Below, one piece after another: positions 19,818 to 29,460 of a stretch of 64,000 nucleotides of DNA (the stretch's first letter is position 1; each line of letters starts with the position of its first letter). This DNA is from Sulfuritalea sp. (GTDB lineage Bacteria > Pseudomonadota > Gammaproteobacteria > Burkholderiales > Rhodocyclaceae). The notes beneath the pieces are model-generated. The model was not told the origin of the DNA, made no database searches, and saw only the letters and a program-made list of their open reading frames with translations. The stretch is from positions 114 to 64,113 of the forward strand of contig JBIJDJ010000001.1 of NCBI GenBank assembly GCA_044344175.1, in the 5' to 3' direction. The translations under genes and the position numbers were made by a program.

Positions 19818-21431
19818 ATGCAAGCAGCCCAGCACGCCGGCCACGCCGGCAACCACGACCACGACAGCCATGCCAGCGGTCCGACCGGAATCATGCGCTG
19901 GATCACCACCACCAATCACAAGGACATCGGGACCATGTATCTGTGGTTCAGCTTTGCGATGTTCCTGGTTGGCGGCGCGATGTCGCTGGTCATCCGCGCC
20001 GAACTGATGTCACCCGGATTGCAGTATGTGGCCCCCGAGTTCTACAATCAGATGCTGACGCTGCACGCGCTGATCATGGTATTCGGCGCCATCATGCCGG
20101 CCTTCGTCGGCTTTGCCAACTGGATGATCCCGCTGATGATCGGCGCACCAGACATGGCTTTCGCGCGGATGAACAACTGGAGCTTCTGGCTGCTGCCCCC
20201 CGCCGCCATCCTGCTCACTGCATCACTCTTTGTGCCCGGCGGCGCAGCAGGCACCGGCTGGACACTGTATCCGCCACTGTCGGTGCAGATGGGCATGGGC
20301 ATGGACATGGCCATCTTCGCCGTGCACATCCTCGGCATGTCCTCGATCATGGGGTCGATCAACATCATCACCACCATTCTCAACATGCGCACACCGGGCA
20401 TGACGCTGATGAAAATGCCGCTGTTCTGCTGGACCTGGCTGGTGACGGCTTTCCTGCTGATCGCTTCGATGCCGATCTTGGCAGGCGCTGTGACAATGTT
20501 GCTGACCGACCGCCATTTCGGCACCAGTTTCTTCAACGCGGCCGGCGGCGGCGATCCGGTGCTGTTCCAGCACATCTTCTGGTTCTTCGGGCATCCCGAG
20601 GTGTACATCATCGCCTTGCCGGCGTTCGGCGTGGTTTCCCACGTGATCCCGGCGTTTTCCCGCAAGCGCCTGTTCGGCTACACCTCGATGGTGTATGCAA
20701 TTGCGGCGATCGGCCTGATCTCCTTTTTCGTCTGGGCCCACCACATGTACGTGACGGGCATCCCGCTCACCGGCCAGCTCTACTTCATGTATGCCACCAT
20801 GCTGATCGCGATCCCGACCGGGGTGAAGGTCTTCAACTGGGTCACCACCATGTGGCGCGGCTCCCTGAGCTTCGAGACACCGATGCTGTTTGCGCTGGGC
20901 TTCCTCGTGCTGTTTACCATCGGCGGACTCACCGGTCTGGTGCTGGCCATGACCGCGGTGGACATCCAGTTGCAGGATACCTATTACGTGGTCGCGCACT
21001 TCCACTACGTGATGGTCGCCGGGGCGCTTTTCTCCGCCTATGCCGGCCTCTACTTCTGGTTGCCGAAGTGGACCGGGCACATGTATCACGAGGGTCTCGG
21101 CAAGCTGCACTTCTGGCTGTCGATGATCTTTTTCAACATCGCTTTCTTCCCGCAGCACTTTCTCGGACTTGCCGGCATGCCGCGCCGGATTCCGGACTAT
21201 GCGCAGCAGTTCGCCGACTTCAACATGATTTCCTCGCTAGGATCTTTCGGCTTCGGTTTCAGCCAGTTGCTGGTCTTGGTGGTGGTGTTCAAGGCGATGA
21301 AAGGCGGCGTCAAGGCCGACGCCAAGCCGTGGGACGGCGCGCACGGACTGGAATGGACCGTGCCGTCGCCGGCGCCGCACCACACCTTCGAGGATCCGCC
21401 TCCTTTCGATCCGGCCGAGGCACACGGATGA
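19818..21431 (+). CDS. ctaD: cytochrome c oxidase subunit I (A1 type)
   Basis: TNHKDIG, GHPEVY, WAHHM and VAHFHY. Confidence 0.97.
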   Translation: MQAAQHAGHAGNHDHDSHASGPTGIMRWITTTNHKDIGTMYLWFSFAMFLVGGAMSLVIRAELMSPGLQYVAPEFYNQMLTLHALIMVFGAIMPAFVGFANWMIPLMIGAPDMAFARMNNWSFWLLPPAAILLTASLFVPGGAAGTGWTLYPPLSVQMGMGMDMAIFAVHILGMSSIMGSINIITTILNMRTPGMTLMKMPLFCWTWLVTAFLLIASMPILAGAVTMLLTDRHFGTSFFNAAGGGDPVLFQHIFWFFGHPEVYIIALPAFGVVSHVIPAFSRKRLFGYTSMVYAIAAIGLISFFVWAHHMYVTGIPLTGQLYFMYATMLIAIPTGVKVFNWVTTMWRGSLSFETPMLFALGFLVLFTIGGLTGLVLAMTAVDIQLQDTYYVVAHFHYVMVAGALFSAYAGLYFWLPKWTGHMYHEGLGKLHFWLSMIFFNIAFFPQHFLGLAGMPRRIPDYAQQFADFNMISSLGSFGFGFSQLLVLVVVFKAMKGGVKADAKPWDGAHGLEWTVPSPAPHHTFEDPPPFDPAEAHG

Positions 21432-21544
21432 GTGAGGACGCATCCCGCGCGCAGGCTAACCGACGCATCGCGATTGGCCTGGCACTGTTCGCTGCCGCCG
21501 TGTTCCTGAGCGTCATCTTTCGGCAGTGGACGGCTGGCGCGTGA
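21428..21544 (+). CDS. small single-TM cytochrome oxidase-associated protein (38 aa)
   Basis: [38 protein letters not shown]; ATGA and GTGA overlaps with both neighbours. Confidence 0.7.
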   Translation: MSEDASRAQANRRIAIGLALFAAAVFLSVIFRQWTAGA

Positions 21545-22140
21545 GTCCTCAACTCGCACCGACTGGAGCGACCGCTGCGCACCTGCTGCCGCGAGGCGGT
21601 GGCAACCGGCGCATCGTTGCCGGCCTGTTGGCCGTGATAGTCGGCAGCCTGCTGTTTGTCTCGATTCAGCCGAGCCTGTACAAGGCGTTTTGCGAATGGA
21701 CCGGTCTCTACGATATAGATCGCGCGCAGCGGGTTGCGGCGTCGGCGCTGCCCGCCCGCCCGGTGACGCTCGAGTTCGATGCCAACAGCCATGACAACGG
21801 CCTGCTTTTCCGGCCCGAGACTACCAGCCTTGCGGTCAAGACCGGGGACATCGTGCACGTGACCTATCGGGTCGAAAACACCCGCGACACCACCGTGATC
21901 GGCCAGGCGGTGCCCAGCTACGGACCGCAGCATGCGGGTGGCTACGTGAAGAAGCTGGATTGCTTCTGCTTCAAGCAGCAGACCTTCGCTCCGCACGAGG
22001 TGCGCGAGATGCCCGTGGTCTTCGTCCTCGACAAGGCGCTTCCTGAAGACGTGAACACCCTGACGCTGTCCTACACGTTTTTTGAGGTGCCGGCCGGAAA
22101 CGTAACATCACCGGCAATTTCTCCAGAGAGCCGGAAGTGA
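21541..22140 (+). CDS. ctaG: cytochrome c oxidase copper assembly protein CtaG/Cox11
   Basis: LYKAFCEWTG, CFCF and TLSYTFFEV. Confidence 0.92.
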   Translation: MSPQLAPTGATAAHLLPRGGGNRRIVAGLLAVIVGSLLFVSIQPSLYKAFCEWTGLYDIDRAQRVAASALPARPVTLEFDANSHDNGLLFRPETTSLAVKTGDIVHVTYRVENTRDTTVIGQAVPSYGPQHAGGYVKKLDCFCFKQQTFAPHEVREMPVVFVLDKALPEDVNTLTLSYTFFEVPAGNVTSPAISPESRK

Positions 22141-22143
22141 TCG

Positions 22144-22353
22144 ATGTCGCCGCCGAATCCACCGCCGCCCAGGGGCCGACTGCTGCGCACCATTCGCACT
22201 GTGGCCTGGGGCCTGTTGGGCGTGCGCGGGCACAAGCTCCACGAGCAGGACGCACCGTCCCTGTCGCCGCTGCAGATCCTGATCACGGCACTGGTCTTCA
22301 TGCTGGTATTCGTGCTGACACTGGTAACCGTGGCGATCAATATCAGCAAGTAG
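22144..22353 (+). CDS. DUF2970-like small membrane protein
   Basis: VAWGLLGVR motif plus TM helix; usual position in the cox operon. Confidence 0.75.
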   Translation: MSPPNPPPPRGRLLRTIRTVAWGLLGVRGHKLHEQDAPSLSPLQILITALVFMLVFVLTLVTVAINISK

Positions 22354-22415
22354 TGACGGGACGCATGAACAAGGCAATCGGGCAATAACGACAAGATGAT
22401 TTCAAGGAGGTCAAG

Positions 22416-23270
22416 ATGAGTCACCCCGCATCCACAAACCGCTATTTCGTTCCCGACCCGTCGCATTGGCCGCTGGTAGGTTCGCTCGCCTTGCTCCTGC
22501 TGGCAAGCGGCGCCGTGATGACGATGAACTCGATTGCCAGCGGCGGGTTGGTGCTGCTGGGCGGGTTTGCCGTGCTTGCCGTCATGTTGTTCGGCTGGTT
22601 TGGGCGCGTCATCGGCGAATCCGAGAGCGGTAGCTACAACCCGCAGGTCGATCGCTCATTCCGCTGGGCGATGGCTTGGTTCATTTTTTCCGAAGTCATG
22701 TTTTTCGCGGCATTTTTCGGCGCCCTGTTTTATATCCGCGTGCTGTCGGTGCCGGAACTCGCCAGCCCTGATCAGGCCGGACTTTGGGACGGTTTCAAGA
22801 ATCATTGGCCAACCGCCGGACCTGCGGCCAAGGATCCCTTCACGCCGATGCATGCCTGGGGCATTCCGGCGATCAACACCCTGTTGCTGCTGAGTTCGGG
22901 GGTCACGTTGACGTGGGCGCACTGGGGATTGATCGCCAACAAGCGGCAGCAACTGATCATCGGCCTGGCCCTGACCGTTGCGCTCGGCCTCCTGTTCATC
23001 AGTCTGCAGGCCTACGAATACGCCGAAGCCTACAGCCACATGAATCTGAAGATGACAAGCGGTGTCTACGGGTCCACCTTCTACATGCTGACCGGTTTTC
23101 ATGGCTTTCACGTGACGCTCGGCGCCACGATGCTGATCGTGATTCTGGTACGCGCGATGAAGGGCCACTTTACCGCGGAGCGTCATTTCGCCTTCGAGGC
23201 GGTGGCCTGGTACTGGCACTTTGTGGACGTCGTCTGGCTCGGCCTGTTCGTCGTCGTCTATTGGCTCTAA
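22416..23270 (+). CDS. coxC: cytochrome c oxidase subunit III
   Basis: WFIFSEVMFF, TGFHGFHV and WYWHFVDVVW. Confidence 0.96.
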   Translation: MSHPASTNRYFVPDPSHWPLVGSLALLLLASGAVMTMNSIASGGLVLLGGFAVLAVMLFGWFGRVIGESESGSYNPQVDRSFRWAMAWFIFSEVMFFAAFFGALFYIRVLSVPELASPDQAGLWDGFKNHWPTAGPAAKDPFTPMHAWGIPAINTLLLLSSGVTLTWAHWGLIANKRQQLIIGLALTVALGLLFISLQAYEYAEAYSHMNLKMTSGVYGSTFYMLTGFHGFHVTLGATMLIVILVRAMKGHFTAERHFAFEAVAWYWHFVDVVWLGLFVVVYWL

Positions 23271-23315
23271 GCCCCGGTTTCGCGGTGTGCGTGGCGTGCG
23301 CCGCGAGTTCTTGAA

Positions 23316-23513
23316 TCAGAGGCGTTCGCCTATCCAGCCAAACCGGTAGGCGGCCATCAACAGCAGGAAAAGAACAAGGGAAAGACCCACGCGCAAGGTC
23401 AGCGCCTTGACTGCCCGGGTCTTGTCCTGGCCACGGTCGCGATAGACAAATACCAGTGCACTGCCCAGGCTAGCTATGATGGCGATCAGCATCAGTATGA
23501 CGAAGATGCGCAC
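23316..23513 (-). CDS. twin transmembrane helix small protein (DUF2909-like)
   Basis: IIASLGSAL...ALTLRVGLS; usual antisense position after coxC. Confidence 0.8.
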   Translation of the reverse strand: MRIFVILMLIAIIASLGSALVFVYRDRGQDKTRAVKALTLRVGLSLVLFLLLMAAYRFGWIGERL

Positions 23514-23595
23514 GGCTTTTCCTTTCGACGAATACGCCAAGTCTAACCGACCCGGCGTTTGCAGACGACCCCGACCGAGCCCCACCCTTCCGCCT

Positions 23596-24294
23596 ATGCC
23601 GCTTTTGTCCAGCCAGCGCAGCTACCTGCGTCCGCTCCTGATCCTCCTGCTGATTATGACCTGCCTCGCAATGGCCGCGCTGCAATACTGGCGCGCCGCA
23701 ACCCGCGGCGAGCGGTTCGAGCGCGAGCAGGCGGCGCTGCTCTCGACACCGGTCAGCCTGTCTGTGCAGCAGCGTGATCGCGAGAAACTGCTCGACAGGG
23801 CGGCGATTGCCCGTGGGCACTGGCGCGCCGAGAAGACCCTGTTTGTCGACAACAAGATCCATCGCAGCCGCCCCGGCTATCATGTGCTCACCCCCTTGCA
23901 GTTGTCCGGCAGTGAAGTGGTCGTGCTGGTCAATCGCGGCTGGGTGCCCGCGCCGCGACTGCGTTCCGAGCTTCCGTCGGTTCCGACGGCGACCGGCGAA
24001 ATCGAGGTTTCCGGGGTGACCCGCAGCTTCGAGACGCGGATCTTCGAGTTGCAGGAAACCCCGCCGCAGGGCGCCGTGTGGCAGCATGTGCGGGAAATGG
24101 ACTACCGCAGGCACAGCGGCCTCGACGCGTTGCCGGTGCTTCTGCTGCAGACCGGTGCGGACAATGACGGGTTGATTCGCGACTGGGGTTCCGCGGAGAA
24201 CCCGGCGACCAAACACCATGGATATATGGCGATGTGGCTGGTTTTCGCCGTCATGGCGGCGGCCTATGGCTTCTTTGCATGGCGGAAGAAATGA
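23596..24294 (+). CDS. SURF1 family protein
   Basis: GYHVLTPL, VLVNRGWVP and HHGYMAMW. Confidence 0.88.
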   Translation: MPLLSSQRSYLRPLLILLLIMTCLAMAALQYWRAATRGERFEREQAALLSTPVSLSVQQRDREKLLDRAAIARGHWRAEKTLFVDNKIHRSRPGYHVLTPLQLSGSEVVVLVNRGWVPAPRLRSELPSVPTATGEIEVSGVTRSFETRIFELQETPPQGAVWQHVREMDYRRHSGLDALPVLLLQTGADNDGLIRDWGSAENPATKHHGYMAMWLVFAVMAAAYGFFAWRKK

Positions 24295-24899
24295 CAGAAG
24301 ACAGGCACACCGGAATCGAAACCGCGAACAACTCTCCGGCGGCGGCGCGGCGCGGTGGGTTACAGGGCAGATTGATACTGCTGGCCATCGTTGCGATCGG
24401 CGTGTTGCCGCTTCTGGCCGCCTTGTACTTCCGCTATGTCTCGCCGCCCGAGGTCGCGGCGACGGTCGGCCAGCCGCTCGACCCGGTGCGCCTGCCGTTC
24501 GAACTCCTGCAGCGTGCCGACGGGGCGAAGCTGGAGCATCCTGAAGTCGGCGGCAAGTGGTTGGTCATCCTGGCGGCGCCGGGTAGTTGCGACGAGCGCT
24601 GCCGGCATGCGCTTTACCTGACGCGCCAGGCACGCACGGCGCAGGGGCGCAACATGGCGCGCATCGATCGCCTCTGGCTTGTCACTGATAACACGGAGCC
24701 AGCGGCAGAACTGATGACTGCACACCCGGACCTGGTCCTGATCAGGGCGACGGATGGCAAGGTGCTTCAACTCCTGGGGGGAGGTGAGCGCCGTTATATC
24801 AATCTGGTCGACCGCAGAGGCCTGCTGGTTTTCCGCTACGCCGACGATCCCGAGCCGAAGGCTTTTATTCGGGAACTCGGCAAGCTGATCAAGTTCTGA
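24291..24899 (+). CDS. membrane-anchored thioredoxin-like cox accessory protein
   Basis: TM helix, CDERC, RQARTAQG and ELGKLIKF; follows SURF1. Confidence 0.75.
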   Translation: MTEDRHTGIETANNSPAAARRGGLQGRLILLAIVAIGVLPLLAALYFRYVSPPEVAATVGQPLDPVRLPFELLQRADGAKLEHPEVGGKWLVILAAPGSCDERCRHALYLTRQARTAQGRNMARIDRLWLVTDNTEPAAELMTAHPDLVLIRATDGKVLQLLGGGERRYINLVDRRGLLVFRYADDPEPKAFIRELGKLIKF

Positions 24900-25206
24900 T
24901 CGCGGAAATGGTCGACGAAATTCAGCGTTCCGCCCCGTGGCTGCGATCGGGGCGTGCGCCGGGGAAGCTTGCAAACGAACTGGTTTCGCGGACGCCGTAT
25001 CGCCAGCGCCGACTTTTGCGAGGTGTTCCTTGCAGTGGGTCCGCAGCGACTGCCGACGGCGGTATCTGCGCGCTCTCAAGCGGCTCCGGCAGCGACCGCC
25101 AGCCAATGCGCATCGCGCTTCGGCTGCGGTCACTCGCGACATTCAAAGCCGGGGTGCGTGCTAAACTCGCACCCTCATTCCGGCTTCAACCGTTCATTCC
25201 TCAAGC

Positions 25207-26106
25207 GTGAAATCCACTACCTTTAAACTGCAATCCGGCTCCGATCGACTGCGCCACTATTTCCAGTTGACCAAGCCGCGCGTGGTATCGCTGATCGTGT
25301 TCTGCGCGGTGATCGGCATGTTCCTCGCCGTGCCGGGCATGGTGCCCTGGCGCATCTTGATTGCCGGCACGCTGGGCATCGCGCTGGTGGCAGGCGCGGC
25401 GGCGGCGGCGAATTGCCTGATTGAACAGAAGATCGATGCGCTGATGGCCCGTACGCGCGGCCGGCCCCTGCCGCAAGGCGAAGTCAATTCGCTGGAGACC
25501 CTGCTGTTCTCTGGCCTGATCGGCGGCAGCGGACTGTTCCTGCTCTACACTTGGGTGAACCCCTATACCATGTGGCTGACCTTCGCCACCTTCGTCGGTT
25601 ATGCGGTGATCTACACGATCTTCCTCAAGCCCAATACGTCGCAGAACATTGTCATCGGCGGCGCTTCCGGCGCGATGCCTCCGGTGCTCGGTTGGGCCGC
25701 GGTGACCGGCGATGCGCCGGGCGAGGCCTGGCTTCTGTTCCTGATCATTTTCGTGTGGACGCCGCCGCATTTCTGGTCGCTGGCGCTGTACCGGACCAAG
25801 GAATACGCTGCGGCCGGCCTGCCGATGTTGCCGGTGACCCATGGCGCCGAATACACCCGGCGCCACGTGTTCTTGTATACCGTCGGCCTGACGCTGATTA
25901 CCCTCGTACCCTACGCAATCGGGATGTCAGGCTGGTTCTATCTGACGTCCGCCGTGTTGCTCGACACCATTTTCCTCGGCTACGCCTGGCTGATCTGGAA
26001 AGACTATTCGGACGCCGTGGCGCGCATCACCTTCCGCTGGTCGATCCTTTATCTCGCGCTGTTGTTTGCTGCGCTGCTCGTCGATCACTACCTGCCGGCC
26101 TGGTAA
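25207..26106 (+). CDS. cyoE: heme o synthase (protoheme IX farnesyltransferase)
   Basis: [20 protein letters not shown] and WTPPHFWSL. Confidence 0.95.
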   Translation: MKSTTFKLQSGSDRLRHYFQLTKPRVVSLIVFCAVIGMFLAVPGMVPWRILIAGTLGIALVAGAAAAANCLIEQKIDALMARTRGRPLPQGEVNSLETLLFSGLIGGSGLFLLYTWVNPYTMWLTFATFVGYAVIYTIFLKPNTSQNIVIGGASGAMPPVLGWAAVTGDAPGEAWLLFLIIFVWTPPHFWSLALYRTKEYAAAGLPMLPVTHGAEYTRRHVFLYTVGLTLITLVPYAIGMSGWFYLTSAVLLDTIFLGYAWLIWKDYSDAVARITFRWSILYLALLFAALLVDHYLPAW

Positions 26107-26208
26107 TTCCGGTTCGCACTAGAACCGATACTTTGTCGACTGCGCCTTGCCGTGCTACAGCACTGTCTGCGGCTTGTCTTCGCGTCTCGCTTCTATTGCG
26201 AACCGGAA
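26107..26208. mobile_element. MITE-like element (family 3) at the cyoE stop codon
   Basis: 18-bp TIRs TTCCGGTTCGCACTAGAA / TTCTATTGCGAACCGGAA (1 mismatch), TAA on both sides. Confidence 0.65.
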
Positions 26209-26226
26209 TAAGCGAGGAGGGGGCAT

Positions 26227-26271
26227 AAAAACGAAGGGCAGCCGGTGACACGCGGCTGCCCTTTTCGTTTT
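26227..26271. terminator. bidirectional intrinsic terminator between cyoE and rpoH
   Basis: AAAAACGAAGGGCAGCCG-loop-CGGCTGCCCTTTTCGTTTT between convergent genes. Confidence 0.8.
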
Positions 26272-26281
26272 GGCAGAACGC

Positions 26282-27178
26282 TTACGCCGCGAGCTTGCCC
26301 TTCATTTTCTGCATGGCCTTGACTTCGATCTGGCGGATCCGCTCCGCCGAGACGCCATACTCGGCCGCCAGTTCATGCAGCGTCGCGGCTTCTTCGCCGT
26401 CCGCCACCAACCAGCGCCTTTGCACGATGGTGCGGCTGCGCTCGTCGAGGCTTGCCAGTGCGGAACTCAGACCCTCGTCCTGCAGGCGATCGTATTCCTT
26501 GCGCTCCAGTATGGCCGAAGGCTCGATGCTGCGATCCGCGGCCAGGTAGGCGATCGGTGCGTAGCTGTCCTCATCGTCATCCGTCAGCGGTTCCAGCGAC
26601 ACGTCGGCGCCGGTCAGGCGCGTTTCCATTTCGACGACTTCTTCCGGCTTGACGCCGAGTTTCTTCGCCACCGCCTGCACTTCTTCCGCGCCCAGCGTGT
26701 TGAACCCCTGTCGCGAATCCGCGTCCTGGGCGAGAGCCGCCTTGATGCTGCGCAGGTTGAAGAAAAGCTTGCGCTGCGCCTTGGTAGTGGCAATCTTGAC
26801 CAGGCGCCAGTTCTTCAGGATGTACTCATGAATCTCGGCCTTGATCCAGTGCATGGCGAAAGACACCAAGCGCACTCCGCGATCTGGATCGAAGCGCTTG
26901 ACCGCCTTCATCAGGCCGATGTTGCCTTCCTGAATCAGGTCGGCGTGCGGCAAGCCATAGCCCAGATAGCCGCGCGCAATCGCGATCACCAGGCGCAGAT
27001 GGGATGTAACCAACTGGCGCGCTGCATCCAGATCATCTTCCTCGCGAAAGCGGCGGGCGAGGGATTGCTCTTCAGCTTCGCTCAGCATCGGTACGCGATT
27101 CGCGGCCGAAATGAACGCTTCAATGCTGCCGCTGGCGGCGAGCATGGGCAAATGGTCAAGAGACATGGTATGACTCAC
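26282..27178 (-). CDS. rpoH: RNA polymerase sigma-32 factor
   Basis: DLIQEGNIGLMKAV and RpoH box QRKLFFNLR; GGAGG RBS. Confidence 0.96.
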   Translation of the reverse strand: MSHTMSLDHLPMLAASGSIEAFISAANRVPMLSEAEEQSLARRFREEDDLDAARQLVTSHLRLVIAIARGYLGYGLPHADLIQEGNIGLMKAVKRFDPDRGVRLVSFAMHWIKAEIHEYILKNWRLVKIATTKAQRKLFFNLRSIKAALAQDADSRQGFNTLGAEEVQAVAKKLGVKPEEVVEMETRLTGADVSLEPLTDDDEDSYAPIAYLAADRSIEPSAILERKEYDRLQDEGLSSALASLDERSRTIVQRRWLVADGEEAATLHELAAEYGVSAERIRQIEVKAMQKMKGKLAA

Positions 27179-27202
27179 GGTACAACCTCCTTGAACATAA
27201 TA

Positions 27203-27229
27203 TTAGCACTCCTTGACTGAGAGTGCTAA
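27203..27229. promoter_or_regulatory. CIRCE element (HrcA operator) upstream of rpoH
   Basis: perfect TTAGCACTC-CTTGACTGA-GAGTGCTAA. Confidence 0.93.
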
Positions 27230-27374
27230 ACGTCGCGGAAGTTCCCGATGAATTTTGTCGGGGATTGCCGATCCTTCAAGTGGGCCATGGCAGGATCGAC
27301 ACCCGGCCACGCCATGACGGGATGCGCATTCTTGCTTTCTGGATCAGGTCGCCCGCAACGAAAGGCGGGGCGGG

Positions 27375-27767
27375 TCAGCCTCCGGTTTTCGGCGGGGCCC
27401 CGGGCGGGCGCTTGGATTTTTTGAAAAAGCGCTTCGAAGGCTTGGCTCCCGGTACCGGGTCCTGCCGCCTCGCCTGCTCCGGGCGTCGCCCCTGACCTTG
27501 GCCGGCACCCTGACGTCGTCCCGGTTCCGGCGGCATGCCGGGGGAACCCTGAACGCGGTTGCCCGGTGCCAGACAAATCTCAAGCTCGATAATCTCATCC
27601 CAGATGGCATCGGTGCGCTGATGGTCGGGGATGGCCAGCAATTCGCGCAGGCGACGTCGCGGATCCGGTGCCTGCGGTTCATTGCGTACCGGTTCAGCCG
27701 GCGGCTGCTCGCCGGGCGCAGGGTCTGCCACGGGTTGCTCGATGGGTTGTTCTTCGTTCATCTGCAT
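27375..27767 (-). CDS. hypothetical low-complexity protein
   Basis: ATG ORF of 130 aa with a short ordered core RRRLRELLAIPD...WDEIIELEI. Confidence 0.6.
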   Translation of the reverse strand: MQMNEEQPIEQPVADPAPGEQPPAEPVRNEPQAPDPRRRLRELLAIPDHQRTDAIWDEIIELEICLAPGNRVQGSPGMPPEPGRRQGAGQGQGRRPEQARRQDPVPGAKPSKRFFKKSKRPPGAPPKTGG

Positions 27768-27916
27768 ATTATCGCCCGAATAATCGGTTCCGTTCCAGTG
27801 TTGTTGGTTGAGCCCGACGTAATGTGGGGTTTTTGCCTACGGACTCCGCGCTAATTGACCTTGAAGCCGGCATAAGCCGCCGCCGAGACTCCGCTTTGCT
27901 GCGCATTTTTCAGATA

Positions 27917-28816
27917 TCAGTTTTGCCTGAGGTGCTGGCGCAGCGAGATCATCGCTCCCAGCCAGCCCAAGCCGGCGGCAAAGGCCAGCAGCAGGGCCGA
28001 ATCCCGGGCGTCAAGTGACTGGAGAACCAGCGTAAGGTCATACAGCCGCACCAGTTCGCCGAGGGGCGCGCGCAACCAGAGTGCGGCGGAGCCAACCAAC
28101 AGCCAGGCGACGATACCGCCGCCCAATCCCAGCAGGAGTCCGTAGTAAAGAAACGGTCGCCGGATGAAGCCGTCGGTGGCGCCGAGCAGCCGGCTCACCT
28201 CGATTTCCGTGCGATGGGTCAGTACTTGCATGCGGATAATACTGAAGCTGATTGCAATCAGTCCGGCACTCAGCAGCGCGCCGAGCACCAGCACCGCCGT
28301 GCGCCCCAGCTTGAGCAGGGCATCGAGCCGGCGTACCCAGGCCGAATCGAGCTGTACATGTTCGACCTTGGGCCACTGGCGGAACTCCACGGCGAGCTGT
28401 TCCATCGCCTGCGGACGCTCATCCGCGGCGGTAAGCACGAAGGCATCGGGAAACGGGTTGGCGGGAAGGGCCTCGATCACTTCGCGCAGCCCCGGGTTGG
28501 TTTTCATGCGTGCCAGGGTTTCTTCCCGCGGCAGAAACTGAATCCGCTTTACGTCGCCGCGCTTCTTCAGGCGGGATTCGATTTCCGTTGCCATCCCGCG
28601 GTCGGCCCCGGATGTCATGAAAATTGAAATCTGGGGTGCTGTCGAGGTCGTACCGGCCAGGCGCACGGCGTTGGCGAGCAGCATCTGGCCGCCTGCCGGC
28701 AAGGCGAGGGCGACACCAATGGCGAGCAGGTAGAGCAGGCTGTTCACGGGCGCTGCGCTCAGCCGGCGCATTGCCAGCAGGGCGGCGTCGCGGTGATGGG
28801 TCAGCCAGATCATCAT
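27917..28816 (-). CDS. ftsX: cell division permease FtsX
   Basis: IGVALALP, NPFPDAF and LLGATDGFIRRPFLY. Confidence 0.93.
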   Translation of the reverse strand: MMIWLTHHRDAALLAMRRLSAAPVNSLLYLLAIGVALALPAGGQMLLANAVRLAGTTSTAPQISIFMTSGADRGMATEIESRLKKRGDVKRIQFLPREETLARMKTNPGLREVIEALPANPFPDAFVLTAADERPQAMEQLAVEFRQWPKVEHVQLDSAWVRRLDALLKLGRTAVLVLGALLSAGLIAISFSIIRMQVLTHRTEIEVSRLLGATDGFIRRPFLYYGLLLGLGGGIVAWLLVGSAALWLRAPLGELVRLYDLTLVLQSLDARDSALLLAFAAGLGWLGAMISLRQHLRQN

Positions 28817-29460
28817 GGCAGCAGCCTGCCGTGATCGAGCTGCAGGCGCCGCGCGCCGGGAAACAGGTCACCGGCATACGTGGCGATCAGCACCGTAACG
28901 CCGACGTGATTGAACTCCGTGAAGATTCGTGCAACATCGGCCGCGGTGTCCGCATCGAGATGGGCGGTGGGCTCATCTGCGAGGAGCAGGTTCGGCCGGC
29001 TCACCACGGCACGGGCAATTGCCAGGCGCTGCTGCTCGCCACCCGAGAGCATCACCGGCAGGGCTTTCTCGCGGCTGGCCAGGCCCACCTTGTCCAGCGC
29101 GGCGCGCACCCGCTGTGCGGCTTCCCTGGGCGGGAAACCGGTGATCGACAGCGGCAGCATGACGTTCTCGAACACACTCCGATCGAAGAGCAGTTTCTGA
29201 TCCTGGAACACCATGCCGATGCGCCGCCGCAAATAGGGCAAGGCCGAGCGGGCGAGCCCGCTTACATTCTGGCCGCCAACCAGAACCGCGCCGCCGGTGG
29301 ACTTTTCGACTGCGGCAATGAGTTTCAGCAGGGTCGACTTGCCGGCCCCCGAATGGCCGCTGACCAGCACCATCTCGCGCTCGGCCACCTCGAAACTGAT
29401 GTCGGAAAGCGCATCGAGGCCCGGCGGATAACGCTTGGAGACGCGGTCGAAACGAATCAC
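28813..29460 (-). CDS. ftsE: cell division ATP-binding protein FtsE
   Basis: GHSGAGKST and LSGGEQQR; GTG start overlaps the ftsY stop. Confidence 0.93.
   Translation of the reverse strand: MIRFDRVSKRYPPGLDALSDISFEVAEREMVLVSGHSGAGKSTLLKLIAAVEKSTGGAVLVGGQNVSGLARSALPYLRRRIGMVFQDQKLLFDRSVFENVMLPLSITGFPPREAAQRVRAALDKVGLASREKALPVMLSGGEQQRLAIARAVVSRPNLLLADEPTAHLDADTAADVARIFTEFNHVGVTVLIATYAGDLFPGARRLQLDHGRLLP

Noticed and set aside
27230-27375. Possible SRP RNA or riboswitch near ftsYEX/rpoH
   Set aside because: No SRP domain IV motif or recognisable riboswitch consensus found by eye
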